A stretch of 64,000 bases of DNA from Elsinoe ampelina (Eukaryota). The stretch is from NCBI GenBank assembly GCA_010093995.1, contig ML992529.1:1-64000 (forward strand). The letters are read 5' to 3'. Under the pieces are notes generated by a model that was not told where the DNA came from, ran no database searches, and saw nothing but the letters and a program-made list of their open reading frames with translations. This document shows, piece by piece, positions 38,626 through 49,640 of this stretch. Position 1 is the stretch's first letter. Each line of letters opens with the position of its first letter. The translations under genes and the position numbers were made by a program.

Positions 38626-40385
38626 GGATAGTAACGAAAGATCCAGGATCGCTGAGGCCCAAAGTCTGATGAGACGCTTGATAGAGAAATGAGCCGAGGA
38701 TGCTGCGGGGACGAACCTCTGTCACCTCGTACGCCAAGTTACCCTCCTGTTTGACGACAATAAAGGGAAAATACAGACTCGACAATCCAGTTGTTATGAG
38801 GGCAAGGCAGAATGAGTTCATCACCGGAGACGATGGGAAGGTAAAGAGACACCGCCATATCCCACAAGCTACCCTTGCTTGACCTGGTGAACACGATGGA
38901 GCAGTGGCTCCTGGAGCTATCGGTAGGTAATGTCACGACATGCTATGAATCGACGACTGACGCGTTTTCGTACAGCATGCGAAAATGTAGCGTCTTGCAG
39001 GCCCACCGCATGCCATGTCCGGGGCATATGTATTTGGAATTCACGACGTACTATCAGAAATGATCCGTACACTGCTGAGACTTGGTGGGCATGCCAGACT
39101 GGTGGTAGTACTTTTCAAAATACTACCAGGCTCTGCCTCAAGAACGTTGGGAGCGAGGTTAATCAGGTCAGTGCTGTGTCCTGCTCCGCCACCACGTTCA
39201 TGAGAAGAGCTTGCTTACTTGACATTGACGGGGCACCCAAGAGAATGCGGTATCGGACGTGCCCGAAATGGAGCTTGTCTCTCTCTTAGCATGACAAGGA
39301 ATTCGATCAAGATGCATGGACATCTTGCGACGCAAGAGGAAGGTGCTATCTGGCCCAGCTGGTCGAAAGTTCTGTCGTTGTAGAGTGCCAGGGTTATGCC
39401 AGCTTCAATAACAATCAATCTATTCGCACGTGGATGTTCCAATGCTGGGTTGATATTCGAGAATCTGCATGATGACGAGCGAAACACGAACAGGGAGTAT
39501 CCGGCAATGTGGTAGAAGATGTGGTTGTTTTCTTCCCAGATTGCAGGAAGTCGAGATCAGGCCGGAAAACGATCTCCTCAGTATCTCCTTTCCTTCACAA
39601 GGTTGTTTCTTCTCCTTGACCACACAACATCCTCAAAGTCCGCTGCCATACTGAAGCTTTTGGAAGTCGCCCCAGCCCATCTGCAAATTGCTTTTGCCAT
39701 CTAGCGATCATCATTCAAAGCTGGCTGAACAGAGCCCAATAACACCGATTATTTCACGAGTGCACCACCATGATTCGACCTCTTGGAAGTCAAGACCGAT
39801 CAGTCATACCACCCAACGACGAGATGAGAGGCGTCGCCAAGGGTGTCGCGTGCCTTGGCCACCGAGCTCTCAGACAACACGTGGGTCGACCTCCGCCGTC
39901 TGTTCGTCGGCACACGTATGATATGGCCATCATTTATTGTCGACTTCTTGTCCTGCGCCAACATCTTCCTCATGCCGATCCTGCGACTGTCCACTACCTC
40001 CTCTATCGAGTGTCATGGCGGTGCTTGGCCCCGACTTTTCTCTCAGACCCTGCGATCGCCGCCATCAAATATGCAACGATGCATCACTGTGCCATCTTCT
40101 TGACATGCTCATCTCGCGCGCCAGCCAACATTGGCCGCAACAAGACCGATGGTAAGCTCTGCCAAGTTGCTACGCCTCCTTCTGGTGTAGCACGTTGTGT
40201 TGTTTCGTCACGCACGTGTGTGACTGTCTGTTCCTCTGTGGGCAAGCAGAGAAGTTACACACCGTCGCCATCGACTTGGATGCTCGCATGTTGACGAGTA
40301 TAACCTTGCTACCTCCCGTTCCTCACGCCGACAACGTCTTCCCCTTAATTGACCACAGCTCTTCACCATAGAATAGCAGACCATC

Positions 40386-42104
40386 ATGCCCAAGCTCTCC
40401 TTCGGCGCTGTTGCCGATACATGGCGACTCTTCACTCCCACCGAAAGGCGCAACATTGCCTTCTACACGTTGGGTATCATGCTGTACAAGTTCGGTCTCG
40501 AGGCGTTCAATGGGTCCATTACAGCACTCGCCACCAACAGATACGATTGGGAGCAAGATCGTGCTGAAGCTGCAGGCCTCACGCGCGCTGTCAACACATT
40601 CCAGCGTGTCGGTCTTCTCCAGGCTCTCAACCAGACTGCTCAATGCCTCGGGTCCATCATGATCGCTCCACTCATCAAGCGCTTTCCCACTCGCTCCGTC
40701 CTGGGTGTTGCCGTCTTCACCTTCGCCCTCTTCACTTCTATCCTCATGATCGTGGATGCTGCGACGGGAGGCAGGGTCAAGCCCAACGGTGTGGAGGTCA
40801 GCGACTGGGGTGCTTATTACGGCAACTATAACTCTGATGGGATGCTTCCCATCTACACCTTCACTGGAATCGCTTACGGTATGGTCGAGCTCATTCGGCG
40901 TGTCATTCCACGAGACATTGTCGGAGGCAATGTACAGAAGCTCAGGCGCATGGATGCATTGGTCCACATCTTCTACGAGATTGCCGGCACATCGGGCGCT
41001 TTCTGCACTGCCCTCGCCCTAATTCCTCGTCTCGGCAACAACTTCTCCTTCATCATTACGCCCATCTTCTTCACCGCTGCAGCTTCGAGCTGGTTCATGA
41101 TAAGCACGTTGAACTTCAAGGCTATCGAGAAGGACTACGTCGCAGGAGCTGGCTTCGGAGGACGTATGACCAGTTACACTCGGGCAATGGGACAATCATT
41201 CGTACTCTTCGGCAAGTCCATCTATACCGGAGGCTACCTTCTCTTCACCAATCAGAAGTATGTCTGGCTCATTCCTGGTTACGCCTTTGCTCTTTACGGT
41301 CATCGGTACCTGGAAAATGGTATTGGTCCTGTCATCGCCCGCCGGTACCTCCGCAACTCTGCCTGGTCCCAGATCATGGTCGGTGGATCCAACTTTGGTG
41401 AACTACTCGGAGCACTCTTCGTCTTCCTCTTCACCAACCTCATTCAGACTCCAATGCCATGGCTTCGACTGGACGCACTCACTTTGCTGATCGTATGGTA
41501 CCTCCCTTACTGGTATCCGACCCCGATCTCCAGCAACCCTACCCGATTCTCTGTGAACGAGGCCTGGAAGGTTGCTGCCACTTTTGTCCCCATCTCCTTT
41601 GGCTGGGCTGCTGGAGATGTCTCCCTTGCTGCCTACATTCAGGCATCTCTGGCCCGCGTGGAGGATACTAGCAAGGACGTCTCGGCTCTGGGGGCCGTCA
41701 TGGCTTTCCTCTACTCCACTTACATTGTGCTTTATGCCATCTTCAATCCAGTCTTGGGAGCCTACATCGATCGTGTCGACCAGGCTGACCGTCGGGCTCG
41801 GGGTGTCAGCCAGGGTGATGTCCGTCCAGCTGTTCGAAATATTGCAGGTGTACAGTTTACGATCTTGGCCGCCATTGTCATTGCTGCCACATTCATCCCG
41901 AAGGGTAGCTTTGCATTCAACCCACCTGCTCTCTACGGCGAGCAGCTTGACAAGGACCTCGACGACATCACCAACAGCAGCAGCGAGAAACTCGGAGATA
42001 TCAAGGGTCCACAAGACAGCGATGACGAGACAAGGCGAGGTCAAGTGCAGTACGACGTTGCCGCTGCTGTGCCTATCAAGGATCAGAACACGATGCAGAA
42101 GTAG
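40386..42104 (+). CDS. MFS-like multi-pass transporter, substrate unknown
   Basis: 572-aa single-exon ORF with many hydrophobic segments and strongly C-ending codon usage. Confidence 0.75.
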   Translation: MPKLSFGAVADTWRLFTPTERRNIAFYTLGIMLYKFGLEAFNGSITALATNRYDWEQDRAEAAGLTRAVNTFQRVGLLQALNQTAQCLGSIMIAPLIKRFPTRSVLGVAVFTFALFTSILMIVDAATGGRVKPNGVEVSDWGAYYGNYNSDGMLPIYTFTGIAYGMVELIRRVIPRDIVGGNVQKLRRMDALVHIFYEIAGTSGAFCTALALIPRLGNNFSFIITPIFFTAAASSWFMISTLNFKAIEKDYVAGAGFGGRMTSYTRAMGQSFVLFGKSIYTGGYLLFTNQKYVWLIPGYAFALYGHRYLENGIGPVIARRYLRNSAWSQIMVGGSNFGELLGALFVFLFTNLIQTPMPWLRLDALTLLIVWYLPYWYPTPISSNPTRFSVNEAWKVAATFVPISFGWAAGDVSLAAYIQASLARVEDTSKDVSALGAVMAFLYSTYIVLYAIFNPVLGAYIDRVDQADRRARGVSQGDVRPAVRNIAGVQFTILAAIVIAATFIPKGSFAFNPPALYGEQLDKDLDDITNSSSEKLGDIKGPQDSDDETRRGQVQYDVAAAVPIKDQNTMQK

Positions 42105-42354
42105 AATTACGCTGGATTCTTCTACTAGAGCCTTTTGAAAGAGAGAAGTACGAAGGAGATGCGAAGGAGAAAAACAAGGCTGTAACTCGTTTCTAGTAGA
42201 ATCGCGAATGTATAATGTAGATCCCTTTAAAAGAGCCTACTGAAGCAGTATCTAGACACAAGAGTAGGCGGAGTGAAAGTAAATCGTCCAGTCAATTCTC
42301 GAGAATCTCTATCATCTAATGCTACTAATCATGACCCGTATGCAACCCAAACGC

Positions 42355-43743
42355 TTACTTGACATAGACAATCTCAGTCTCATCAACGCTGGCCTTCTTC
42401 TCAACAATCTCCTCGTTGGTAAGGCGGCGCTCGATGAGCTCCTCATCCTTGACGCGCATGATCTTGAATCCGTTGCGGGCCCAGTGAGATCCACCATAGG
42501 CGAGGACTACGCAGAAACCGACGAGAGGAACAATGTATGAGATGCGAGTGCTTGCGGCGTCGGCAATGGCACCCTGGACTGGAGGGAAGACGGCACCACC
42601 GGAGACACCCATGACAAGGATACCGGCACCGCGACGGGTGTGGCGGCCGAGGTTCCTGGTGCCAAGGGTGAAGATGGTGGGGTACATGGGAGCCATGAAG
42701 AAGAAGAGGGTGATGAGGACACCGGCGGCGGGCTTGCCGTGACCACCGCAGACGTAGGCATTGAAGGCGATTGCGCAGATGGCGTAGACTGCGAGGATGA
42801 AATCGGACTCGAAGACGGTGGCCAGAGCGGTGGCGACGAAGCGGGCGACGGTGAAGGTGATGAGGGCGTAAGACAACATGTTGGAGGCCTGGGCTGAAGT
42901 GTAGGGTGCGCTTTCGGTGAGGTAGTTGATGAAGAAGGTGGCGACGGTGACTTGAGCACCGACGTAGCAGAACTGAGCGATGACGGCGAAGATCATGTTG
43001 TACTGCTTGCGGAGAGGACCCTGGGTATCAGCCTCGACGATGGCCTCCTCGTCGACTGGACCGGCAGCGGACTCTGCGACTTCAGGGAGCTTGCTGAAGA
43101 CATAGAGGACGGCAACGGCCATACCGGCGCAGGAGACGGCGAGGTAGACATACTGCACGTTGGTTAAGCTGTTCTGGTTCTCGCCAGTGAAGAAGAACTT
43201 GGAAGCGATGAGAGGGCCGATGAAGGAAGCGACACCATTCCAAGACTGGCAGAACTGGAGGCGAGCTGAGGCAGTGGCTGGAGAACCAATGACGACGGCG
43301 TACGAGTTGGCGGCAGTCTCAAGAGTGGCAAGACCGCAGGCGATGACGAGGGTGCAAATGCAGAAACCGCCGAAGGAAGCAGAGGCCTTTGCTGGTGACG
43401 AAAACTTTGCGGTCGGCCAGAAGAGAATGGCACCGAGAGAGTAGAGACCGAGACCCATGAGGATGGTGAACTTGTAGCCCTTGCGCTTCATGACTTCGGC
43501 GGCGATGGGAGAGAACAGGAGGTAACCGCCACCAAAGTACATGACCTGAAGGCCAGTGGACTCGAGCTTGGTGATGCCGAGGACGGTCTGGAAATGCTTG
43601 TTGAGTACATCGAGTAGACCGTACGAAAAACCCCAGAGGAAGAAAAGGGACGTGATGAGCGCAATAGGGTAGATGAGTTTGCGCCCAGTGAGGTAGCCAC
43701 CCTCAATCTGAGGAGCCATGGAAGGGAGACCACCGCCAGGCAT
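42355..43743 (-). CDS. MFS fucose/glucose-galactose permease (FucP family)
   Basis: SLFFLWGFSYGLLDVLNKHFQ, LETAANSY, AQFCYVGAQV and GGAVFPP FucP-family motifs. Confidence 0.88.
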   Translation of the reverse strand: MPGGGLPSMAPQIEGGYLTGRKLIYPIALITSLFFLWGFSYGLLDVLNKHFQTVLGITKLESTGLQVMYFGGGYLLFSPIAAEVMKRKGYKFTILMGLGLYSLGAILFWPTAKFSSPAKASASFGGFCICTLVIACGLATLETAANSYAVVIGSPATASARLQFCQSWNGVASFIGPLIASKFFFTGENQNSLTNVQYVYLAVSCAGMAVAVLYVFSKLPEVAESAAGPVDEEAIVEADTQGPLRKQYNMIFAVIAQFCYVGAQVTVATFFINYLTESAPYTSAQASNMLSYALITFTVARFVATALATVFESDFILAVYAICAIAFNAYVCGGHGKPAAGVLITLFFFMAPMYPTIFTLGTRNLGRHTRRGAGILVMGVSGGAVFPPVQGAIADAASTRISYIVPLVGFCVVLAYGGSHWARNGFKIMRVKDEELIERRLTNEEIVEKKASVDETEIVYVK

Positions 43744-44083
43744 GGTGACTGTTGTAGGAGGAGGGGCAAGAGGTTTGATGTGTGTTGATGGTATAGAAGA
43801 TGAGTGAGGAGAAGGAGTTGTTCAGCTTTGATGATGGAGCAGCATTTTGAGCGGACAGGAAGATCAATATATACTTCACAGACCAGTTGGAAACGATATG
43901 CCTCTCCAGATTGAAAGTCTGTGGTAGTGCGAGACCAGACCAAAACCAGACAAGCAGAGGAGAGGCGCGCTAGACCATCCCCACCGTGAATCTGTCTCTG
44001 GCTCGTGCGTGGGAGGGATAGTGCCACTTAGTGGGATGGAGATACCCCAGAGATGGCCAAGATGCGTCTGGAGGCATCTTAGC

Positions 44084-44119
44084 GCCCACTCTCGGTGCCC
44101 ACTCTCGGTGCCCACTCTC
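44084..44119. repeat. 13-bp tandem repeat GCCCACTCTCGGT, about 2.8 copies
   Basis: Read directly from the sequence, about 340 bp upstream of the FucP-like gene. Confidence 0.85.
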
Positions 44120-44971
44120 ATCGGTTTTTGAAAGCTTGCCCGCTCAATGGAAAAAGCTTGACCCTTGCGCGACACGCTAACCATGACCTTTTCGAGACAA
44201 GCTCGTGCAGGTTCCTGTCTGGTGCCACATCAGAGACTGCAGCTTCAATACCCGACGTGATCTTGATTCGTCCTTTCCAAGTGATTATGTAGATCACAAA
44301 ACAGAGTCCCCTTTGAGGCTCTTGGTGTACATTGCCAAGTGTAGTGTATGTTGTGCGGTCATGCATGATCTCAAACCCTGGGGCGCCCAAAGGAGGTCAT
44401 GCTATCATTGGGTGAGCGCCGTCAAATATAATGCCGCCAGCGCACGAGACCCGAACCTTGTCCCCGTTTCCTCCAGGAATGACGATTGAGGAATGACCAG
44501 TAAAAAGGACCGAGGGCCGCCGCCGCATACGGCGGGGGGATATTACTTCTGCCGGCCTTCTAGCGTGCTTCCTTTTGGGCGCCGCAAGGAGCATCATGAC
44601 GTTCACCTGCAGATGCAAGGTCTGGCTGGGGCGCTAGAAAACCGCTAGAAGCACTCCAGAACAAATGTAAAGTCGGTCCGACAGTAGAAACCGGGCCCCC
44701 AACGGAAACACAACGCCAGCCACTCTTGATACCTGCTCGCCGGTATCGTAGCTGCACGTCTCGACGCGTCCAATTGCATCTCGGCCCGTATGATAAGACA
44801 TGTATCGTATGGACTGGGGTTGAGGTTGTGGATACTCAATGGAATTATTGTTGTGGGGACTCCATGGAGAGTCACACGATCATCGCTCGATTGGTCGTGA
44901 TCTCCATGCCCCGAGAAATCTCCTCTTCCTTCTCCATCTTCCACAACTGTCGCGGTTACTTGACTCTGTTG

Positions 44972-47900
44972 CTATACTCTATCCAACGATTGCGCAAGGC
45001 ACATGGCATGGTATCTCCCCCTCCTGGCCAGGAGCTCTTCATGCTTCCCCACCTCGGCGATGCGCCCAGCTTCAATCACAAAGATCACATCGGCATGTCG
45101 AATTGTGCTCAAGCGATGAGCTACTGCGATCATAGTCCTTGCCATCGCAGCTTCGTCAAGCGCTTGCTGTACGATCCTTTCACTTTGTGTATCGAGCGCG
45201 GAAGTGGCCTCATCCAGTAACAGCAGCTTCGGGTTTCTGATCAACGCTCTCGCAACCGCGATGCGCTGTCGCTGTCCTCCGGAGAACTGCAGTCCTCTTG
45301 ATCCGCATGGCGTGTTCAGACCTTCGGGAAGAGAAGAGACAAAGTCCAAGGCATTCGCCTGTCGACACGCCTCTTGAATTTGGTCCAGGTCGGGCTCTTC
45401 GTCCAAGCCAAGCGTGATGTTCTCCTTTACCGAGCCAAGAAAGAGCGGAGGCTCCTGCTGCACAAGTGACATACACTTGCGGTAAAGATGCGGGGCGAGA
45501 CTTCTGATATCCCGGTCGTTGACAATAATACGACCCGACATTGGGTCATAGAAGCGCTCGAGAAGGGACACTATCGTGCTCTTGCCACAGCCAGATGGTC
45601 CAACGAATGCGGCATATTTACCAGGGGCGATCTGCATGGATATGTCCTTGAGCACCTTGACAGACCCTCGTTGTTTGTATGCAAAGTCGACACGCTCGAG
45701 CTGGACAGACATGTCATCCCCGGCAGGGCCCTTTCCATCATGCTCTTCGGTTGTGTTGATTTTCGGCTTGACTGTTCGCAGCCAGAGCAGATAGTTGGCA
45801 CTACCTGTGGCCTTCGTTATTGACGTAGTATAGGCGAAGAACTGTGCCGCAGCCTGACCGCCGAAGATGACGGAAAGGAAGATGATAAAGAATGTGGAGA
45901 CAGTGTACTCCCCACTGGCGATCCACCTGGATCCAAGCCAGAAACCAAGGCCCATAACCAGGAAGTCGGCTGACTGAGACAGAGCGTATGGAACCAGTGT
46001 CGGGATCAGGTTGCGAACAACCTTTGCGATGATACCATCCAGGACACTACTGTATCTCTCCAGCACAACACTCTCAAGCGTCAAAGAGCTGATCGTCTTA
46101 ATGGCGCTCACACTCTCAGCAGCCAAGCTGGCACTCTCCGAGAATTGCCTCTCAACAGAGATTTCTAGCTTTTGGTCGAGTCGAATCCTGATGTAGCCAC
46201 TGCCAACAATGATGGTCATTCCAGCAGCCACCAGGATTAGGCCGAGCTTCCATCCAAAGGCAATCCCTACCAGGCTGCTTGCCATAATGTTGACGATAAC
46301 ATTGAGCATCAATCCAAGATTGGCCGACATCAGCTCTTGGATAGCCGACGGTACGGAAGACAGCCTCGCCGTTAGTGCACCAGAATTGTTTTCTGGTAGA
46401 TCGAAAAAGTCCTGGTCAAAATTGACAACTCGCTCAATCATTTCCCTGCGATATCGATGCGTCAGAGCTTGGCCGATTGTGTTGGTTCCAATTCCGACGA
46501 GGAAGTAGCCGACGAGATTACCAAGAGCAAGGACCAGGAACATTAGCGAATAGAAGTTGGCTTGCTTCTGTGCCTCACTGCCTTGAAGGTTAAAGACAGC
46601 GATGAGGCGGGAGAAGAGAATGGCTTGCGCTGGGTACGTCCCGCCGACAGCTATCATGGCGACCGCTAGGACGCTATACCAGCGGTACAGGTCGGAGTGC
46701 TCTTTGAGCATGATAAATATGCATCGAGCGAGCGAGTAGCCCATGGTTTCGGTCTGAAGTTTCTGGTCTGCCGCAGCCTCAATGTCCAAAGCCTTTCCGC
46801 CTTCTTTGGTCGACTTTGAACGATACAGAGATGGCCGGCGTTCCACGTTGACCTGGGAAGACGAAGCAGAGTCAGCCTGCATGCTCTCTTCCTGCTTGAC
46901 CGTAACTGTCCCTAGATCTTGAGCGCGGACCATGGCTGCATACAGACCATCAAGATCCACAAGTTGCTGGTGTGTGCCTTCTTCGTTCACCTTTCCGTCC
47001 GCCATGACCACGATGTGGTCGGCTGCCATGACAGTCGAGAGTCGATGTGCGATGATGAGTGTCGTCTTGCCTCTGGAAACTCGGTCTATGGCGGCCTGCA
47101 CAAGCTGTTCTGCTCGAGGATCAAGCGCGCTTGTGGCCTCATCGCATAGCAGAACCTGTGGCTCCGAGATGATGCTGCGGGCGATGGACAGTCTTTGCCG
47201 CTGACCACCGCTTAGCATACTCGCGCGCTCTCCAAGCTGAGTCTGGTAGCCAAGCGGCATCTGTTGGACAAAGGTGTCTGCATCGGCAGCCTTGCATGCT
47301 TGTTGCACCAATTCGAGTTGCCGTTCTGCGGGCAGCAAGCGTTGCTCTGCCGTGAGCCCTTTCGTCACATTCTCGAAGACTGTACCCTGGAATAGCGTGG
47401 GCTCTTGTTGTACAATCCGAGTGGCAGTACGTAGCCATTGAGTATTCAGCTCAGAGATATCCTCGCCGTCCAAAAGAATCTGGCCAGATGTTGGATCGTA
47501 CCATCGCTCAATTAATCCTACCACGGTAGATTTGCCACAGCCGCTCGGGCCAACAAGAGCTGTAGTTTTACCTGCCGGAAGCGACAAGGTAAGACCTTGC
47601 AGTACTGGAGCATCAGGTCTTGCGGGATAGGCGAAGTGGACGTCTCGAAATTCAACATGCCCAGCGCAGGCCGCGGGAATTGCACCAGAAATTGCGAGTG
47701 GATCCAGCTTGGTCTCCTTGTCGATGACGCTGAACAGTTCTGCTGTCGCGGAAGACGCATTCGTGATAGCCATGACTGAAGGTAGGAACGACATGGCCGA
47801 TGTGGCGCCCAGGGTAACGCTTAGGACTACGGTAAAGACAGTGCCCACGGCCTTGATCTCTCCACTCTGAAACATCCGGAAGCCTTGCCAAAAAGCAAGA

Positions 47901-49034
47901 GCTATCCCTGCCATGACGACAAAAGTCTGACATGAGAACAGGATGCCGTATAAAATGGACTTCTTCGATCCCTCCTTGTGTGCTGCTTGGAGCAGATTGT
48001 CGTACCAGCCGATCACCTTCTTCTGTGCTCCGAACGCCTGAATTGTCTTGATCGAGCCAAGTGCATCCTGCGCTATGGTCCCTGCTCGCGAATAGATCTT
48101 GACCTGCCAAGCAGTTCCGTCAGCAAGATAGTGCTAGCAATGGCGTGGTAGGACTCACAATTCGTGCCTCGATCGGGGCGTCGGCTGCCAGTGGCCCCCC
48201 TACCACCAGGATGCTGGCAGGAATCACGCTCATGATGATGATTAGTGCAAGCTTCCATTGCACAGCGAGAGCGACGATGAAAGAAGAGAACAACAATGAT
48301 ATACTTGTAACGCAGCTGTACAACTTCTCTGCGATACCTTGATTGATACGATTGCCGTCTGCCACAGATCAGTGCTTTGCTCTTGGTCTCTTGCTTTGCA
48401 CTGACATACTTGTCGTCACCTGCGAAGCCACCGATCCCTGGTTTTGTAAATCAAAGTAGGATATCTCTTGCCGGAGCAGGCTATTCAGAAAAGCCTTCCT
48501 GACGTTGTTGGTTGTTCTGGCTGCTGCTATGCAAATGCACAGTGTCGCAACATATCCAATCAGGAAGCGGCCAACGAATAAATAGACGAAGTATAGCACC
48601 AGAGAGTTGATATTACTCTGGAACTGTTCTGGGGATCTCTGACCAGATGCAAAGTCGTTGAAGATGCTCGTCGAGGAGCCAAAGACGATTGTCATCAAAG
48701 GCAGAGTGGCTCCAGCGATGATGGCTCCGGTGAAGGCGATGAGGTACAGTGAGATATCGATACGATCGGCGTACCGGAATACTCGCTTGAAACCGACCGA
48801 GTTCAGCAAACATACTGTGTACGGCAGTTCGTGCGGAATGTGACCTACGAAGTAGTCCTTCAAGCCTCCACTATTTGCCTTGTCTTTGATACTTTCTTGG
48901 TCTCTCTCAGATCCGATCTCGTCCAGCTTCTCATTATCGTCTTTGGTACCGGTGCTTTGGTGATGGTGTTGCCTGTGCTGATCTGTGGTGGATCCAGTCA
49001 GGATATGGCCCTCTGGTCTGCTCGCAACAGCCAT
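44972..49034 (-). CDS. Full-length ABCB (MDR/P-glycoprotein-type) transporter, multi-exon
   Basis: TMD-NBD-TMD-NBD layout. Walker A GPSGCGKST twice, signatures LSGGQRQR and FSGGQRQR, DEATSALD twice. The 5' exons lie in ORFs 48369-49034 and 48120-48365. Confidence 0.93.
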
Positions 49035-49143
49035 CGTGGTTTGGATTTCGAAGTGGACAATAAGATGTAGACATTGTTACGAGCCGTGATCCACTCATAT
49101 ATGATAATAGCAATGTAGTGTTGATGTCACTTCCATCGTTGGC

Positions 49144-49207
49144 AGCTGTCCGGAGCCCGCGCACGCCGAGCGGAGCTTTCAAGCTGCGGAGCCCGCGGAC
49201 ACCGAAC
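49144..49207. promoter_or_regulatory. Imperfect direct repeat rich in CGG/CCG triplets upstream of the ABCB gene
   Basis: AGCTGTCCGGAGCCCGCGCACGCCGAGC (49144-49171) and AGCTGCGGAGCCCGCGGACACCGAAC (49182-49207). Confidence 0.5.
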
Positions 49208-49640
49208 CGTTCGCGCATGGTGGAAATCCTTCGCCACTTTTCGTCAGGTTCGCACAGATGAGCCAGTGCTACTTGTCCACTCGTAAAGGTTTGCGTCCCT
49301 TTTGCGTAATTCGAGATGTGTGGCTTATTGCGATCGCTACTACAACGCGAGAAGTCGGTCCAAAGATCTGGTAGTTACAGGCGTAGCTAATAACTACCAG
49401 AACCATCCGTGAGCCTGATTTGCGGCTTACAGCTACCGTGTTGACGGAGTTATAGATGGAGCAAGTTGATTCTCAGCTGAGATAGTGTTATAGAAACCCC
49501 TTTGCGAGTGGAAAGGTAGCACAGCATTCGCGTCTGGTAGGATCGCGCTGCAACAGCGCATTCATGATTGAACAGTCTAGGTCCGGTCCAGTTGCCGTAC
49601 GAGTTGCACATGCAGACATGTTGGATCTGTTAACCTCGTT

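Noticed and set aside
40152..40358. TPP riboswitch in the MFS leader intron
   Set aside because: The conserved CTGAGA...ATACC...TGATC...TAAT...AGCG aptamer core is not present.
43822..43845. uORF MLLHHQS* upstream of the FucP-like gene (minus strand)
   Set aside because: It starts only about 20 nt after the TATA-like box, so it may lie upstream of the transcription start. No other support.
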